Source: Octopus sinensis
Taxonomy: Eukaryota
Direction of reading: 5' to 3'
Assembly: GCF_006345805.1 (NCBI RefSeq)
Contig: NC_042999.1
Coordinates: forward strand, 64,108,001 to 64,172,000
Length of the DNA: 64,000 bases
Shown here: in pieces, positions 1 through 14,789 of the stretch
How positions within the stretch are numbered: position 1 is the stretch's first letter
How the letters are laid out: each line of letters begins with the position of its first letter
Notes under the pieces: model-generated
What the model was told of the DNA's origin: nothing
The model's database searches: none
The model's input: the letters and a program-made list of their open reading frames with translations, nothing else
Translations under genes and position numbers: made by a program

Positions 1-204
1 ACAAGAATATGGAACCAGGAGAAAGAATTCCAGTGCTAAGTCATCCGGCTATCTATGAAATTCTCCAGTAAAGAAAAGGCATAAAAGGTGCTTGGAATTG
101 ACAGTAGAAACCATCTTAAAGCGAGAATAGGAAGAAACACGAATCGTATTGAAGCTCCATTGTGCTACTGTTGCATTTAAACCCATTAAAAAATACAACA
201 TAGA

Positions 205-613
205 TATTCTTTTCTACTGTAGGCATAAGGCCCGCAATTTTTAGGGAGGGGGCCAATAGATTAAATCTACCCCAGCACGCAACTGGTACTTAATTTACCG
301 ATCCCGAAAGCATGAAAGGCAAAGTCGACCTCGGTGGAATTTCAAATTGAGAACGTAATGACAGACGAAATACCGCAAAGCATTTCGCCCGGTGTGCTAA
401 CATTTCTTATTTCTTTACTGCCCACAAGGGGCTAAGCATATAGGGGACAAACAAGGACAGAGAAACGGATTCAGTCGATTAGATCGACCCCAGTGCGTAA
501 CTGGTACTTATTTAATCGACCCCAAAAGGATGAAAGGCAAAGTCGACCTCGGCGAAATTTGAACTCAGAACGTAGCGGCAGACGTGCTCACGTTTCTGCC
601 AGCTCGCCGCCTT
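205..613 (-). mobile_element. SINE-A tandem (tRNA-like head, central gcctttcatcctttcggggtcga domain), two units
   Basis: A-box tggcagaaacgttag and B-box gttcaaattcc on the minus strand; many copies in window. Central domain recalls the MetaSINE domain (from memory). Confidence 0.85.
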
Positions 614-899
614 AAGACAACATAGATATTGACGTACTGAATAAGGACAGTTTGGTATGTCGAGCATGATGTATGTAAAGAGATGTATAAAGCTTGCTAC
701 TTTATTGTAGTAATGTTGAAAGCGTCAAAGATATGAAACAGGATATCCGTGAACCAGTATTGATAGTGCATTGGTGAGTGAATGTTTGCCTATAAAAATA
801 ATAGAGATTAATCGAGACATGGTCAAGGATGTTCATGCGTGTGCGCGCATGTATGGCATTAGAACCGGCGTCCTATGCGCGTTAGTAGTTGTATCAGGC

Positions 900-1110
900 A
901 GTTTTTGATTTAGTTCCAAGTCAGCTCTGATCTAGCAGACTTATAAACAAAAAGACTCCAATTATGACCATCCCGTCTTTTTGTTATGTGCAAGGAACCC
1001 AATATCACACAATCGAAAGGTAATCTTTTATCAAATGGTATGGTGGTATTTGAAAGAATGTGACTGCTATTTCTAGATCACGTGACAACATAGGAGCTCA
1101 TTCATTGGCT
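900..1110 (+). repeat. Old interspersed repeat with gatttggctgctatttctag motif
   Basis: Motif recurs near 1060, 3770 (rc), 22700, 29110 (rc), 32890, 36580 and 46870 (rc); boundaries approximate. Confidence 0.45.
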
Positions 1111-2386
1111 CGTACGTTTGTAGTACTCGAATGTAGCTTTTACTTGCACTTTGTAGAGGGTCAACAACTGATCAGGTCCTGAAGTGCATGGCTGAGAAGT
1201 TAAGAGGTTCTCTTCTCAATGATGACGTTTGGCGTTCGGTCCCACTGCGTACTGCCTTTTAGTAAATGTCTTCTATTTTGCTTCAGATCGACCTAAGCTG
1301 TTTTTGTGAATGGAAACTATGTGGAAGCCCATCAGATGGACTGTAGCGGCAATTCGAAATAGCTTCACCTTGTCACCATATCAAACTGAATCTGTTCGAA
1401 AATTATGTTAGGAGCAAAAGTATCATTTTTATTGATTAGAAAGAGGAAGAAAGACAACGCTCATGACCTTTTGTAGGTCATCCGAGACTGATGATGAGAA
1501 AAAGGAAATCACAACTAATTTTGTCAATATGATAGGAAACAACTGCATCAAGATATCGAGTCGTCTTTTGATTTGCAGCTTTGAATGCTTGCAACAGAGT
1601 GAAATCTGTCAGAAGCACACGAGAGCTTTATCACTTGCAATACATTTTAATAAATAGGCACTTCAATAATAGTAGCAGTGGTGGTAGGGCGATCATGGTC
1701 GTCATGGCGATGGGATGGTGGCTGATAATGATGATAACGAGGAAGATATTTGAAGAAGACAACCTATTAAATATACGAGTATAAATATATTAAAAACCAC
1801 CCACTCACTCAAGTGCACACATACACACATACAAACACGTACATGCGATTTAAAAGCAATTCAATGCTAATTTGTAGTCTACTGTACATTTTTTATTAAT
1901 AACACAACATTCTGTCTTCTACAACATTTAATATTTTTGCCCTAATATGACTCAAGTCATGTGACAAAGTTTCTTTTTTATTATTTCACCTTTACAGCAC
2001 TTCATAAATCAAATACTTTCGGTAATTTTGTATGCTAGCAAGGCTATCAATCCTGAAACACTAAGCCAAAAACATTGGATGAACATACACAATTGATTTC
2101 TTTACGTCTTCACTTACGAAAATGCCTCTTTAAATATAACAATTGCATACCAGCATACCAATAGCAATAATATGAAATCCATTAAAAAATGCAACATCGT
2201 TTTTCTCTGCCCTCCTCGAATATTTTGAGCCTTAATTAGTAGTAACTAATAAATTAATATATAGTAATTCAATAAATTGGATTATTTCTCTGCAACAGCT
2301 CGTTTTCAAACACCAATATATGAGAAACAGCCTTTCTCTATTTTTAATAAGTTAATCGCCATCATACCTTTTCAGTAGACACAGAC

Positions 2387-2430
<44 letters not shown>

Positions 2431-2805
2431 ATAACATTTTTTCCAAAAAATTCCGTCAAAGTGGCCAGCATATTAAAATACCTTTAAAGGTGAAAATTAT
2501 AAACAATTATAAACAAGGGCAAAAGAGGAAATATTTCTATGCCAATATACTGAGAATAACAGACTTTAAATCGTCAATCACCACATACAATATACATAAG
2601 TAATTGACGATTTAAAGTCTATTCTCAGCGTATTGGCATAGAAATCTTTTTTCTTTTGCACTTGTGTGTATATATAGGTTTCAAGTAAAATAAGCCAAAT
2701 TGAAAGACAACAGTTTGCAGTCGTTGTTTTATAAGGATTGATGTATGAATGTAAAATAAAGATCATATCCCACGTTACCTGAAGAGCCATACAATTAGTT
2801 GTAAT

Positions 2806-3020
2806 AAGGCGACGAGCTGGAAGAAACGTTAGCACGCTGGGCGAGATGCATTGCAGTATTTCGTCTGTCTTTACGTTCTGAGTTAAAATTCCGCTGAGGT
2901 CGACTTTGCCTTCCATCCTTTCGGGGTCGATAAATTAAATACCAGCTGTGTACTGGGGTCGATCTAATCGACTGGCTTCCTCCCCCAAAATTTCGGGCCT
3001 TGAACCTAGAGTAGAAAAGA
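2806..3020 (+). mobile_element. SINE-A
   Basis: Full head, central domain and agtagaaaaga tail. Confidence 0.85.
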
Positions 3021-3170
3021 AAATTAGTAATTGTAGTAATAAAACGAAATTCTGAATGTAAATAGTTATGATCAGTAAACAAGTGTTATCTAAGCTGGCT
3101 GTGAGCAGCTGACACTTTCCACCATACCCAGCAAAATAAAGCTGAGAGTTTTCATTATATATATATATAT

Positions 3171-3326
3171 AATTAAATAGGCAAATGCATAGATGTATAT
3201 AGATACATACTAAGGTAATTAGACAGATATAGAACTGGTTTTATTTATATATATATAATTAAATAGGCAAATGCATAGATGTATATAGATACATACTAAG
3301 GTAATTAGACAGATATAGAGCTGGTT
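3171..3326. repeat. 86-bp tandem duplication
   Basis: aattaaataggcaaatgcatag...ctggtt at 3171 and 3257. Confidence 0.9.
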
Positions 3327-3334
3327 ATATATAT

Positions 3335-3384
<50 letters not shown>

Positions 3385-3986
3385 GGTGTTTATAATATTC
3401 TCTCCACAAATGTCTCTTCTTTCCACCTACTCAATTATACAATTACCAAATTTCCTCAATGTCAGTTTTTTTCATCATCATCAGTACTGTTGTTTTTCAT
3501 GCCGTTGTAGAATATGTGGCTGTTGTTATTGATGTTGTTGATTCTGTCCTTCGCTTTGGTATTGGCCTGCTAACCCACTTCACCGAATTATGGTTGTCAG
3601 CAGCTCTTGAGTGGCCAACAAGTAGAGGTATTTCAAAGAAGAATCAGCGAAGCCATTGATAGCAGCCGTTGCTGCTACAGAAGCAAAAACAACAATAACT
3701 GCAGCAATTAAAGGTCTTTAAATTTTGTGAGTCTACTCCCAGTTTCCTTAGGTGGTAGCCTGATCTGTTAGAAATAGCAACCAAATCTTCCCTCACATCA
3801 GACCCCCACTTTCCTAAACAAGGAGGAATATATTGGGTAATGTAAATCTTGATATCTCTAAGAAGGTGAGATGGTCATAGCTGGAAGGTCTTTTTATTAT
3901 AAATCTTTTCAGTTAGGGATGATTTGGAGCACAACGGTAACGTTGCTGGATGTTTTATAATCTCTCTCTCTCCCTCTCTCTCGTTC

Positions 3987-3989
<3 letters not shown>

Positions 3990-4035
<46 letters not shown>

Positions 4036-4362
4036 GACTCACACAAGCAACAACACTAGCAACATCACCAGCAACAACATTAGCAACAACACTAGCAACA
4101 ACACTAGCAACAACACTAGCAACAGCATTAGCAACAGCATTAGCAATAACAATAGCAACACTAGCAGCAACACTAGCAATATCACTAGCAACAACACTAA
4201 CAACATCACTGGCAACAAAATTAGCAACAACAATAACAGCAACTAACAACAGTAGTGGTAACACATACAACCATAGCAACAACAACAGCAGTAAGAAAGG
4301 GAACAACACATGTAGACTGTCTCACGTTACATGCATTTGTGTGTATGTGTACATGTTTGTGT

Positions 4363-4418
<56 letters not shown>

Positions 4419-4420
4419 TT
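3990..4420. repeat. (TATC)n, 12-bp agcaacaacact minisatellite, and (TG)n
   Basis: Direct reading. Confidence 0.9.
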
Positions 4421-4742
4421 GAGTGTGCGAATATAAGTGAAAGTATATATATTTGTGAAAAGTTGTGTTTAATATACTCATGAATATGATGGGCTGAAAT
4501 TAACTTGCGCGTCTAATGCATTGCAGTATAACAGAAACTGTAGAGTGTCGAACAAAATGCCTGGCAGTATCAAGCCAGGCCACTTTACGTTCTCAATTCA
4601 GATTTCACCAAGGTTAATTTTGCCTTTTATCCTTCTGCGGCAGATAAAAATCTGTCAAATTCAGGAACCAATCTCAACCACTAAACACTCTTCTGAACTT
4701 ACAATGCTTCTATTACTAAAATGTCAAAATAGCAATAATAAT

Positions 4743-4951
4743 AATCCTTTCTACTATAAGCACAAGACCTGAAATTTTGGCGGAGGTGGAGTAGTCGATT
4801 ACATCGATCCTAGTGTTTCACTGGTACTTGATTTATCGACCCCAAAAGGATGAAAGGCAGAGTCGACCTAGCCTGAATTTGAACGTAAAGACGGACGAAA
4901 TGCAGCTAAGCATTTTGCCCAGTGTGGTAACAATTCGGCCAGGTCGCTGTC

Positions 4952-5000
<49 letters not shown>

Positions 5001-5319
5001 GGAAAGTATTATCTGCCTGAAGTCCTTGTTGTTACTTGACAGTTGACTAAAGACTCCGTTGCAATGTTACCTACACTGTGTTACGAAGGAATAATGATAA
5101 TAATAATCTTTTCTACTATAGGCGCAATGCCCGAAATTGTAAGGGAGGGGTCTAGCCGATTACATTGACTCCAGTGCGTCAGTGGTACTTAATTTGTCGA
5201 CCCCGAATGGATGGAAGGTAAAGTCAACCTCGGTGGAATTTGAACTCAGAACGTAGCGACGGGCGAAATACCGCAAAGCATTTCGTCCAGCGTACTAACG
5301 ATTCTGCCGGCTCGCCACC

Positions 5320-5363
<44 letters not shown>

Positions 5364-5530
5364 TATTATTATTATTATTATTATTTCAAATTTTTGCCAC
5401 AAGGGCAGCTTGGAGGATGGGACTAAGTCGATTACATCCGCCTCAGTACTCAACTGGTACTTATTTTATCGACCCCGAAAATATGAAAAGCAAAGTCGAC
5501 ATCGGCGGAATTTGAACTCGGAGCGTAAAG
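4743..5530 (-). mobile_element. Three SINE-A copies separated by (TAA)n tracts (4743-4953, 5104-5321, 5384-5530)
   Basis: Homology to the other SINE-A copies. Confidence 0.8.
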
Positions 5531-6080
5531 TTCAAATCCTATCGAGGCCAATTATTATTGTTTTTCTTCCTCTTTCCGGTTGAGTTAAAATAATTCCAAG
5601 TACCAGGCATGAGGCTTATTTACTCATTCTCCGAAAAAAAAAAAAAAACCCATTTGTGACAATGTGCCTGAATTACAAGAAGTTATTAAAATTGAAGCTT
5701 AAAATGTGAATACATAAATAATTGCCAGACGGGACACCGTCTCACTAAAAACCACAACAACAACGTGACATTGGGCCTAAGAAGACATTAGTAGGATTGA
5801 AATTTGAAATGTGAAAAAGTGCCAAAAATTTATAATAAACACACGAAAATGTCAAAAAGTGAGAACAGGAAGGAAAGAAAAGTTGAAAGTTGAAAATGGT
5901 CGAATTTATGTAATTTTGTAATTTTAAAATACATTTATCATGGAGTTTTGTTGGTAATAACTGCAGGAATGACAGTATGGTGAAAGGCAGTTAAATGGTG
6001 TTAAACGGTTACAGCATCAGCCATATTAGCAGCGCTGGAAGCAACTTGTTTGAGGGTTGGTGGGGTGGGTGGGGGTGGGT

Positions 6081-6628
6081 GACGGGTTTCTAAACAGTTT
6101 CCGTCTACCATGTTCACTCATAAGATATTGGTCGGCCCGGAGCCGCAGTAGAAGACACTTGGCCAAAGTGCCGTGCATTGGGACTGAACCCGAAATCACG
6201 TGGTTGCAATACTTCGTCATAAGCACACACACACACATACACACGCATATATTTGCTTCCCAACCACATGGTTCCGGGTTCAGTCCCATTGCGTGGCGCC
6301 TTCGACAAGTGTCTTCTACTATAGCATTGGGCCGACCAAAGCCTTGTGAGTGGATTTGGTAGACGGAAACTGAAAGAAGACTGTGACACACGCGCGCGCA
6401 CACACACACACACCACACACACACACACACACGTCACTTGACAACCATCGCTTGACAACCGATATTGCTATCTTTACGTCCTCGTACTCTAGCAGTTCGG
6501 TAAAGGAGGCCGATAGAATAAGTAGTAGGTTTACAAAGAATAAATCATGGGGTCGATTAGCTCGACTAAAGGTGTGTGCTCCAGCATGGCCGCAGTCAAA
6601 TGACTGAAGCAATAAAAGAATGAAAGAA
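6081..6628. mobile_element. Two head-to-head SINE-B copies (6081-6215 minus, 6254-6628 plus)
   Basis: SINE-B = tRNA-like head, CORE-like caccttgggcaagtgtctt, internal (TA)/(TG) microsatellite, tail ccagcatggccgcagtcaaatgactgaaaca. Confidence 0.8.
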
Positions 6629-6743
6629 TATACACATACACACACACACATATATATATACATCCACAAACACAAATACACACACGCACATATATATATG
6701 CACATATATACATATAAACATACACATACTTATATATACACAA

Positions 6744-6806
<63 letters not shown>

Positions 6807-7077
6807 AATGCATACACATACACACATATACACAGATAGATAGATAGAGTACGATTTAAATTTAATTTCAGTATATATAGTGTTTAGAATACCACGTGTA
6901 TTCCTGAATATCGAAAAGAAAATTATGAGGCGGAGTCGTGTTATTCCGAGTGTCATTTGGTTGGAATCTACTGTTGTGCAGACTGCAGAGAACGCATGTA
7001 AAAAGCGATTCAAAACAGGAGGGGTTTGTTTATATTATATATACGAAATTTGTTTTGCTTTACTTGTCCGCCTCTCT

Positions 7078-7112
<35 letters not shown>

Positions 7113-7224
7113 GTATTTGAAAACAAAGATAAATAGAAATAGATTAAATATCATCCAAGAGAAATTCTTGATTTATTGAAATCATTCTCGCTTCCAGGGA
7201 AGGTATAACAATCGATTGGTGTAT

Positions 7225-7260
<36 letters not shown>

Positions 7261-7320
7261 ACACACACACACACAAAATATACACATACACAAGAAAAGC
7301 GTTGGAGTTTGCTTAACGTT

Positions 7321-7548
7321 TCTTATTTTTTATTGCTCACAAGGGGCTAAACACAAAGGGGACAAACAAGGACAGACAAAGGGATTAAGTCGATTACATC
7401 GACCCTAGTGCGTAACTGGTACTTAATTTATCGACACCGATGAAAGGCAATGTCGACCTCGGCGGAATTTGAACTCAGAACGTAACGGCAGATGAAACAC
7501 CGCTAAGCATTTCGCCCGGCGTGCTAATGTTCTTGCTCGCTCGCTGCC
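7321..7548 (-). mobile_element. SINE-A
   Basis: Full-length match. Confidence 0.85.
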
Positions 7549-9017
7549 CTCAAAAGAGAAAGTATATTGATACTCAAACTCAGTAACCTTAAAACCGACA
7601 AAACATATTTTCTTTCGCCCTAGCTCTTCGTCGGATCCCTTGCTATCACGCATAGAATGAGTGGGATTCTTTTTTTTTTATCAATGTCTTTTCTTAGCTT
7701 TATTATAACATGTGAGAAACAGACAAAAAACTAGCTTTATTTGCTCTAGATGTGCTTAATTCACTGTACCTGCATATATCAGTTTCGGTCTTTGAAATTT
7801 CATCAGAATGTATTTTATTTGTAGTAGAAAATTTACCGAAAATTTATTAGAAATACATATCAACTTTCACAAAAGTTATCCTGTGATTGGACACGAAGAA
7901 ATTTCCTCGATTGCTAAAATACTAACGCTCCAAGAAAAAAGAAAACACATTCCTTGGATTTCTTCTAAACTGCAATTAGTTTCTATATATATAAAATGAT
8001 TTACGTCACAGAATGTTTAATTTACAAATCTCAGCCTCTATCATGCTGACGATTTCTAAAAAGAAAGAAATAGTGCTATGCAAGTTTACTACTGACTGGT
8101 CATTTTAAGAACTTCGTAATAAGTAAAGAAAAATAAAATTAAATATGTGAAATTTATGCGTCTTTTTCCTTATAATTCCTTAATTTCAAACACGAATTTC
8201 TAATCTCACCATATATAAGAAATGATTATCTTCTTTATAATAACTGTCCACTAAAGGACAATACATATAAACCTACATGCTTGTATCAATAAGATCTAAA
8301 TGAAAGTAACCCAGAACAATGAGTAACAATGGGCACTGAGTCCTTACCTGAATAAAATTTCATGCCTAAAAAATACTTTCATAAATAAATAACTTGTGAG
8401 GAATGGGGCGTAAAAACACTTTTCAACCACCTGCTCTAACTGACAAAGACGAGCTCAACATTAAAAAAAGCTAAAATATCACCGTAGGAAATGATGATCT
8501 ATCAGCCGGAAGAATCCCCTCAAAATGAGTTGTCAATTTGTAATTACTTTTACATGTGTCTTTAAATAAGAAATATAAATATATATCTTCCTACGATGCC
8601 ATCTTCAAAAGTTCACTTAATGATGCTGTTGAGAAATGAATATTGAAATCTATACTAATGATGTTTAATGGCCTACTTTTAGCCATTCACTTATTTGTTT
8701 CACTTAAGGGAGCCAGATTTATTTTTTGGTTATTTCAATTCTGCATTTACTATATCCCTAAAACGAAAGGTCGCTGCCTTTGGGTAAAGCGTATTCAATA
8801 AGTATTTTATAATATTCTTGGTAAATTGTATTCATCTTTGTACTGAACCCATCTGACTTACGCAAGTGACTTATTTTAACGAAAAATATGACTCGATTTC
8901 AATGACAGTACACAACTATAAATAGAATTACATACAACTGAATTTCGCACAAGCACAGATAAAAATTTGTGTGCGTATGTCTGTGGAATTACGCATAAGT
9001 ACGTGCGTGTCTATTTA

Positions 9018-9066
<49 letters not shown>

Positions 9067-9069
<3 letters not shown>

Positions 9070-9400
9070 GGCGCATGGCTCAGTGGTTAGAGCATCGAGC
9101 TTACGATCATGAGATTGTGAGTTCGAATCCCGGACAGGGCTGCGTGTTGTGTTCTTGAACAAGACACTTTATTTCACGTTGCTCCAGTTCACTCAGCTGT
9201 AGAAATGATTTGCGACGTCACTGGTGCCAAGCTGTATCGGCCTTTGCCTTTCCCTTGGATAACACTGGTGGCGAGGAGAGGGGAGGCCAGTATGCATGGG
9301 CGACTGCTAGTCTTCCATAAACAACCTTGCCCGGACTTGTGCCTGAGAGGGTAACTTTTTAGGTGCAATCCCGTGGTCATTCATGACCGAAAGGGGTCTC
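9067..9400 (+). mobile_element. SINE-D (tRNA-Arg(ACG)-like head, CORE-like domain)
   Basis: A-box tggctcagtggttagag, cttacga loop, B-box gttcgaatcc, then gttcttgaacaagacacttt; acceptor stem does not pair. Confidence 0.8.
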
Positions 9401-9725
9401 TCAGCATATACACGTGTGTGTGACTAAGTGTCATTTATTTGTTTTAGTGCTATGTTATTAGTGAAAATTTGTTTATTGAAACGATATTGTGATGTTGTTG
9501 TTGAGATAAGTATGATTTGATAACTATTCTCTGTTGTTTATCTATCATTCAATGGATAATCTTCCTGTCTGGTAATATATCTTTTCTTATCTGATGCTGT
9601 TGTGTATAAAGTGTGAAGTAGGCTTGTAGCGTAGGAAGTGTGGAGTGGAAGTGCGTGATTCCTCCTCAATATTTTAGTGGATATGACAGCGAGTGCACGG
9701 AGACTTACAGATATACACACCACAT

Positions 9726-9783
<58 letters not shown>

Positions 9784-11644
9784 TATATATACACAGCATA
9801 TTTCAAACCAGGATGTTCATCAAATCAGTGCTTGTTATATTTCAGAATAACCACCGTGTCTGAAGGATCGTTGCAATAAGTGTGTGAATCTGAGTGGGGA
9901 ATAAGTTGAATAAAATCATAATTAACTGCTCCTGCTGTATTTTCTTTTACCCAAAGCCAGGAATTTTTCAGCACTCTCTCGTATATATTTATAAATTATG
10001 GTTAGACATTTGGGCGCATATACACATATTTATAAATTGTACGTACTGACTGAAAGATCGCCCTCCAGACGGTTTTCAGTTAGGCCCTAAAACATATTTA
10101 CACATTTTATTCCCAATCTGAGTAATTTTTCTGATACGTTACGCCTAATTTTCTTTTGTATCCTTTATTCTCAAATAGTATTCACTCGCTGAATAAATAA
10201 ATTTAGAATAGAAAACACGCAAAAACAGAGTTAGAATATATTAAGAATTTAGGCATTCTGTTGGCTTAACTTAAGCATGTAAAAGTCTTAATTTTACTGA
10301 GTATATACATATCAGAAGATTTTGTAACTTTGTAGGTCAATGAACTGGAATGCACACCTGGTATGTGCTGAAAATAAGCCATATCATAAAACTTAATATA
10401 GCTTCGAACACTTGCTATTGTATAACTTCCTCTGCATTATTTATCATCGAGATATAATTATATATTTGTACATTTTTGTATCAATAAACTTTAAAAACAG
10501 GCAACTGAATGAGAGAGAGAAAGAGGGAGACAGAGAGAGACAGAGACACATTTTGGCATAACCGAATGAAACTTGATATATAAAATTTCATGTAGTTTTG
10601 ATATGATTTTTTCACACATCATCCTAATATGCGCCTGGACTCATCATCAGCGATGTTTCCTGTGGGCTAATAGATGTTTTGGGTCTTTCAGACACCCTCA
10701 GCCAGGTGACCCAACCAGGATTGCGACAGCTTGTGTCCAGTTAGCATTACTCTCAGTAGCACTACCTATTCCAGGGCTCATAATTGTTTTTTTTACCAAT
10801 GTAGACCAAATTGATAAAATCGTTGCAAAAAAGTGGATGAGGATAAGAGAGATGAGGTCTTAAAGATATTAAAAGAAACTATATAGAAAAACTAATAAAA
10901 ACAGGCGGTAAACAAAAATGAGATAGAAAGGGCGTTGCTAGGAGACAATAGAAGAAAAGGAATACAAATACAAATCGTTAAAAAAAAAAGCTGATCAGAA
11001 AAAAATTGTTTTCTGATTAGAGTATTGAAACCTTCAATAACAAAGGAAACTTGAAAGTCACATTTTCTTACAAAAACATTAAAATTGGAAGAATTTTGTA
11101 GACAGTGAGGACTTTAACTGCTTTCTTTTAATAAAACTTACATGATGGTTTTAAGTTTTAGCTGGGACGGTCTTTCTATTAAATGAGCGGTTCAGGTTTT
11201 GATTTGAACATGGCTGATCGCCTAAGAGTGTGAGGACCAGCATTTGCGTAAAGGCTATATACTGTGCAACACTCACTGCAAGGTACTACCTCTACACAAC
11301 TTTTGAGCCCCCAAATTCCCTAATTCCAAGCAACTTTCTTCATTGTATCATAGATATGTACATCTGCAAATGTTTTGCTCAACTGCATCTATAAACATCT
11401 ATATATTTGTATTGACTTATTGTACAAACAGGGATTCGTTAGAAACAACTCAAAGATATTACTGTAAATACCAACGATTTTCATTATAACAGCTATTTCA
11501 ACATTTACTACTAAACTGACAAATAACATGGTAAATTCTATTTTTTTCTTTATTCCGCCTACCATCCTACAATTTGGTTTACTACAATATATATATTTAT
11601 ATAGATAGATAGTTTTACCAATATATATATATATATATATATAT

Positions 11645-11956
11645 ATCACCGTGATCACCGTGGCCGACCAGGCTATCAGATGTTGCTACACATTGCTGGT
11701 CACAATGCGCTTCGTATTGTTTTAGCCTTCAAATGACGCCACCCCGCTGGCTAAGCGAGCAAGTCAAGAGAAGAAAGAGTGAGAGAAAGTTGTAGCGAAA
11801 GAGTACAGCAGGGATTGCCACCACCCTCTGCCGAGTCTCGTGGAGCTTTAGGTGTTTTCGCTCAACAAACACTCACAACGCCCGGTCTGGGAATCGAAAC
11901 CGCGATCCTACGACCGCGAGTCCGCTGTCCTAACCACAGGGCCATTGTGCCTCCAC
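11645..11956 (-). mobile_element. SINE-C (tRNA-Arg-like head), tail type 1
   Basis: Head ggaggcacaatggccctgtggttaggacagcggactcgcggtcg; 3' part differs from other copies. Confidence 0.85.
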
Positions 11957-12856
11957 ACACACACATATATATATATATGTCTCTACACACGCGCGCGCGC
12001 GCGTAAAACATGCTTGTTTACAAAGGTTTATCAGAGATATATCTAACTTGACTAATCTGAGAACTTCGATGAAAGCTATGAATTTGTTTTATTTTTCTCT
12101 TGAGATTCGGCTGTCTATAGAATGTAAATCTCTTCGTCTTGTTTTTCGTCTGGTAACTCTGTTAGTCATTCATTTCTGTAATCGAAATTTTATGTCAGAT
12201 CGTTCCGACCATGTTCTTCCAACTCTTTGACATCGTTGTTCAACCCTTGATCAACGTCGTTGAGCGAATCAATGATCACAGATTACAAGCATTGATCTTT
12301 CTCGTTTGAATGAGATTTATTTACTGTTTGTTGCAGCTTGCGAGATCATGCTGACTCAAATCAATTTTTGTGCACTTGTAAGAATGGTGACGAAATCTCC
12401 CTCAAATGCTATGGCATATCTAGAGTGTTACTCGAGGTAGTTCTTGGGTTTGTTGCCCCCCCTACCCCACTCTACCTCTATACAAGGTTTACACAGCAAA
12501 TGCAAAAATGCTGATCCCATAAAAATGGTGCTAATAGCTACACTATTGCTCAAATGTCACTTTTGACATTTAAAAGCTTACGAAATTGACGACTATACTG
12601 GACGTCTCAGTACCCAATATATTAAGCATGTCTGTTTCCTTAACAGCATGTCAACTTTGGAGAATTCTGGAATCTTGAGATTCTCTCTACTTCTCAAGTG
12701 AAATTGATCTTAATTGCTATTTGGTAATCTTAATACATGCTTTAGAGACGGAGAACATTTTAATACATCAAGAATTGATGTAAGGCGACTGACACAACTG
12801 TTGTTCAACATACATGCCACTGGCCACTGAGTTATTCATCTTGGCTAATTTTTATT

Positions 12857-13012
12857 GGGGTGGTTGTGTGGTAAGTAGCTTGCTTACTAACCACATGGTT
12901 CATAGCTCAGTCCCACTGCGTGGCACCTTGGGTAAGTGTCTTTTACTATAGACTTGGGCTGACCAAAGCCTTGTGAGTGCATTTGGTTGACAGAAACTGA
13001 AAAAAAGCCCGT

Positions 13013-13068
<56 letters not shown>

Positions 13069-13301
13069 TGTGTGTGTATATGTTCCTGTGTCTGTGTTTG
13101 TCTCCCACCCCCGCCCCAACACGCTTGACGACCGATGCTAGTGTGTTTATGACCCCGTAACTTAGCGGTTCGGCAAAAGAGACCGATAGAATAAGCACTA
13201 AGCTTACAAAGAATAAGTCCTGTGGTCGATTTGCTCGACCAAAAAGCAGTGCTCCAGCATGGCCGCAGTCAGATAACTGAAACAAGTAAAATAGTAAAGA
13301 G
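12857..13301 (+). mobile_element. SINE-B, full length
   Basis: Head, core, microsatellite and tail all present. Confidence 0.9.
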
Positions 13302-14789
13302 AGTATATCAGTAATCGATACTTACAAAAAAGAAAAGAAAACGAAAACTGATGATTAGTTAATGAGGCGTTTGAAATAGGGCCTACATTTCACACATGAC
13401 CAGAGCGTATTTCACTCTTTTATCATTTGAAATGAGGGCTAAACTTCACATCTCTTAACATTGCATGAACCTGCTATATTACAGTGGTTAATTATTTGTG
13501 ATGCTGAGCCGCTGTGATGTTCATGCTGTACTCTCCTCTCTACTTTCTTTGTTTCTGTCCCTTTAGCTGTTTCCCTTTACAATTTGCTACGTCTCTATAT
13601 GTCTAATTTGTTTCTGTATATCGGTTAGTACATGGCAAAGATTCATCGTCAAGGAGGGAGATTCACTAGGACATACGGAAGTCTTTTAGATGAAGGGAAC
13701 TTTAAATTTAGTTAAGATGTCATATAAGCAGCCTGTAGTGTCAAAACTGTGTTGACTTGAAGGATGGGTCCCATGTGTGTTTTGTTTGTAATCATTTAAG
13801 TTTTCAGGTTTTCATTGCGTAATTGCTTTTCTGCTTCGCCCAAAGTTAATGTTACATGTGCACACACAAACACAGACAAGTACACATTGGCATATATATA
13901 TATATATATATATACACTCACACACACACACACACATCTATATCTTATACATACACATATCATACGCACATATATCCAGTATTTTCTTTGTCAAGAATAC
14001 TTTAAAATGAGAACCAGTTTAATAAAAAGTCTTATACACTCAAACTTTCGCACGCACACACACACACACACACACGCGCACACACACACACACGTGTTTG
14101 TATATCTGAGAGCGTTTGTGCGGATGTGCACCTGTGTGTGTGTGCGTGTGTGTGTATATAATACACACTCGCACACACACGCACGCACGTGTTTGTTTAT
14201 GTGCATTTCTGTATATTCAAATATATGTGCATTGATGACAGTTTCATGTGTTGCATAGGCATATATTTACATGTGCTCTTTCTTCTATATTTGTGAGTGT
14301 GTGGGGTGGTGGTGGTGGTGGCGGTCTGTGAATGTTTGTGCGTATTTTTATCTCTGCGTATAGCCGATATGTCTATCCAGTCAATTATGTATACATGCAT
14401 GTGTATCACGTGGTGTTATTTTCACACACACACACACACACACAGACTACATACCACACATACACATAGTCATACTGGGAACAGTCCATTGTCAAATCCA
14501 GACCGTTTAAACTGAATAAGGAATGGTATGTTCGTGGGACATTACATAATTTTTAATGTCGCAAAACTTAACTGACAGTAGCGAACACTTTTCTGCGAAC
14601 CCAATAAGGTTCGAAGGTTGTTCAGTAATTTTTTAGGCGCAGGAGTGGCTGTGTGGTAAGTAATTTGTTTACTAACCACATGGTTCCAGGCAAGTGTCTT
14701 CTAATATAGCCTCGGGCCGACCAAAGCCTTCTGAGTGGATTTGGTAGACGGAAACTGAAAGAAGTCTGTCGTGTACATATATATATATA

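Noticed and set aside
3950-4309. SNNT-repeat ORF resembling a mucin or antifreeze protein
   Set aside because: 12-bp minisatellite derived from (AAC)n; starts in a (TATC)n tract; no splice context.
7781-7810. Hammerhead on minus strand (CUGAUGA...GACC GAAAC); also 16761-16800 minus, 45843-45880 plus and 59713-59735 plus
   Set aside because: Stem II cannot form or the core is broken at G5.
8341-8360. Recursive splice site on minus strand (ttttattcag|gtaagg)
   Set aside because: One such match is expected by chance in 64 kb of AT-rich DNA and the host transcript is unproven.
9067-9140. tRNA-Arg gene (and other tRNA-like heads)
   Set aside because: A and B boxes present but the acceptor stem does not pair and the sequence continues into a SINE body.
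12100-12300. Tigger/pogo transposase C-terminus on minus strand (DVDQGLNNDVKELEEHGRNDLT)
   Set aside because: Short acidic similarity only; no TIRs or DDE motif found.
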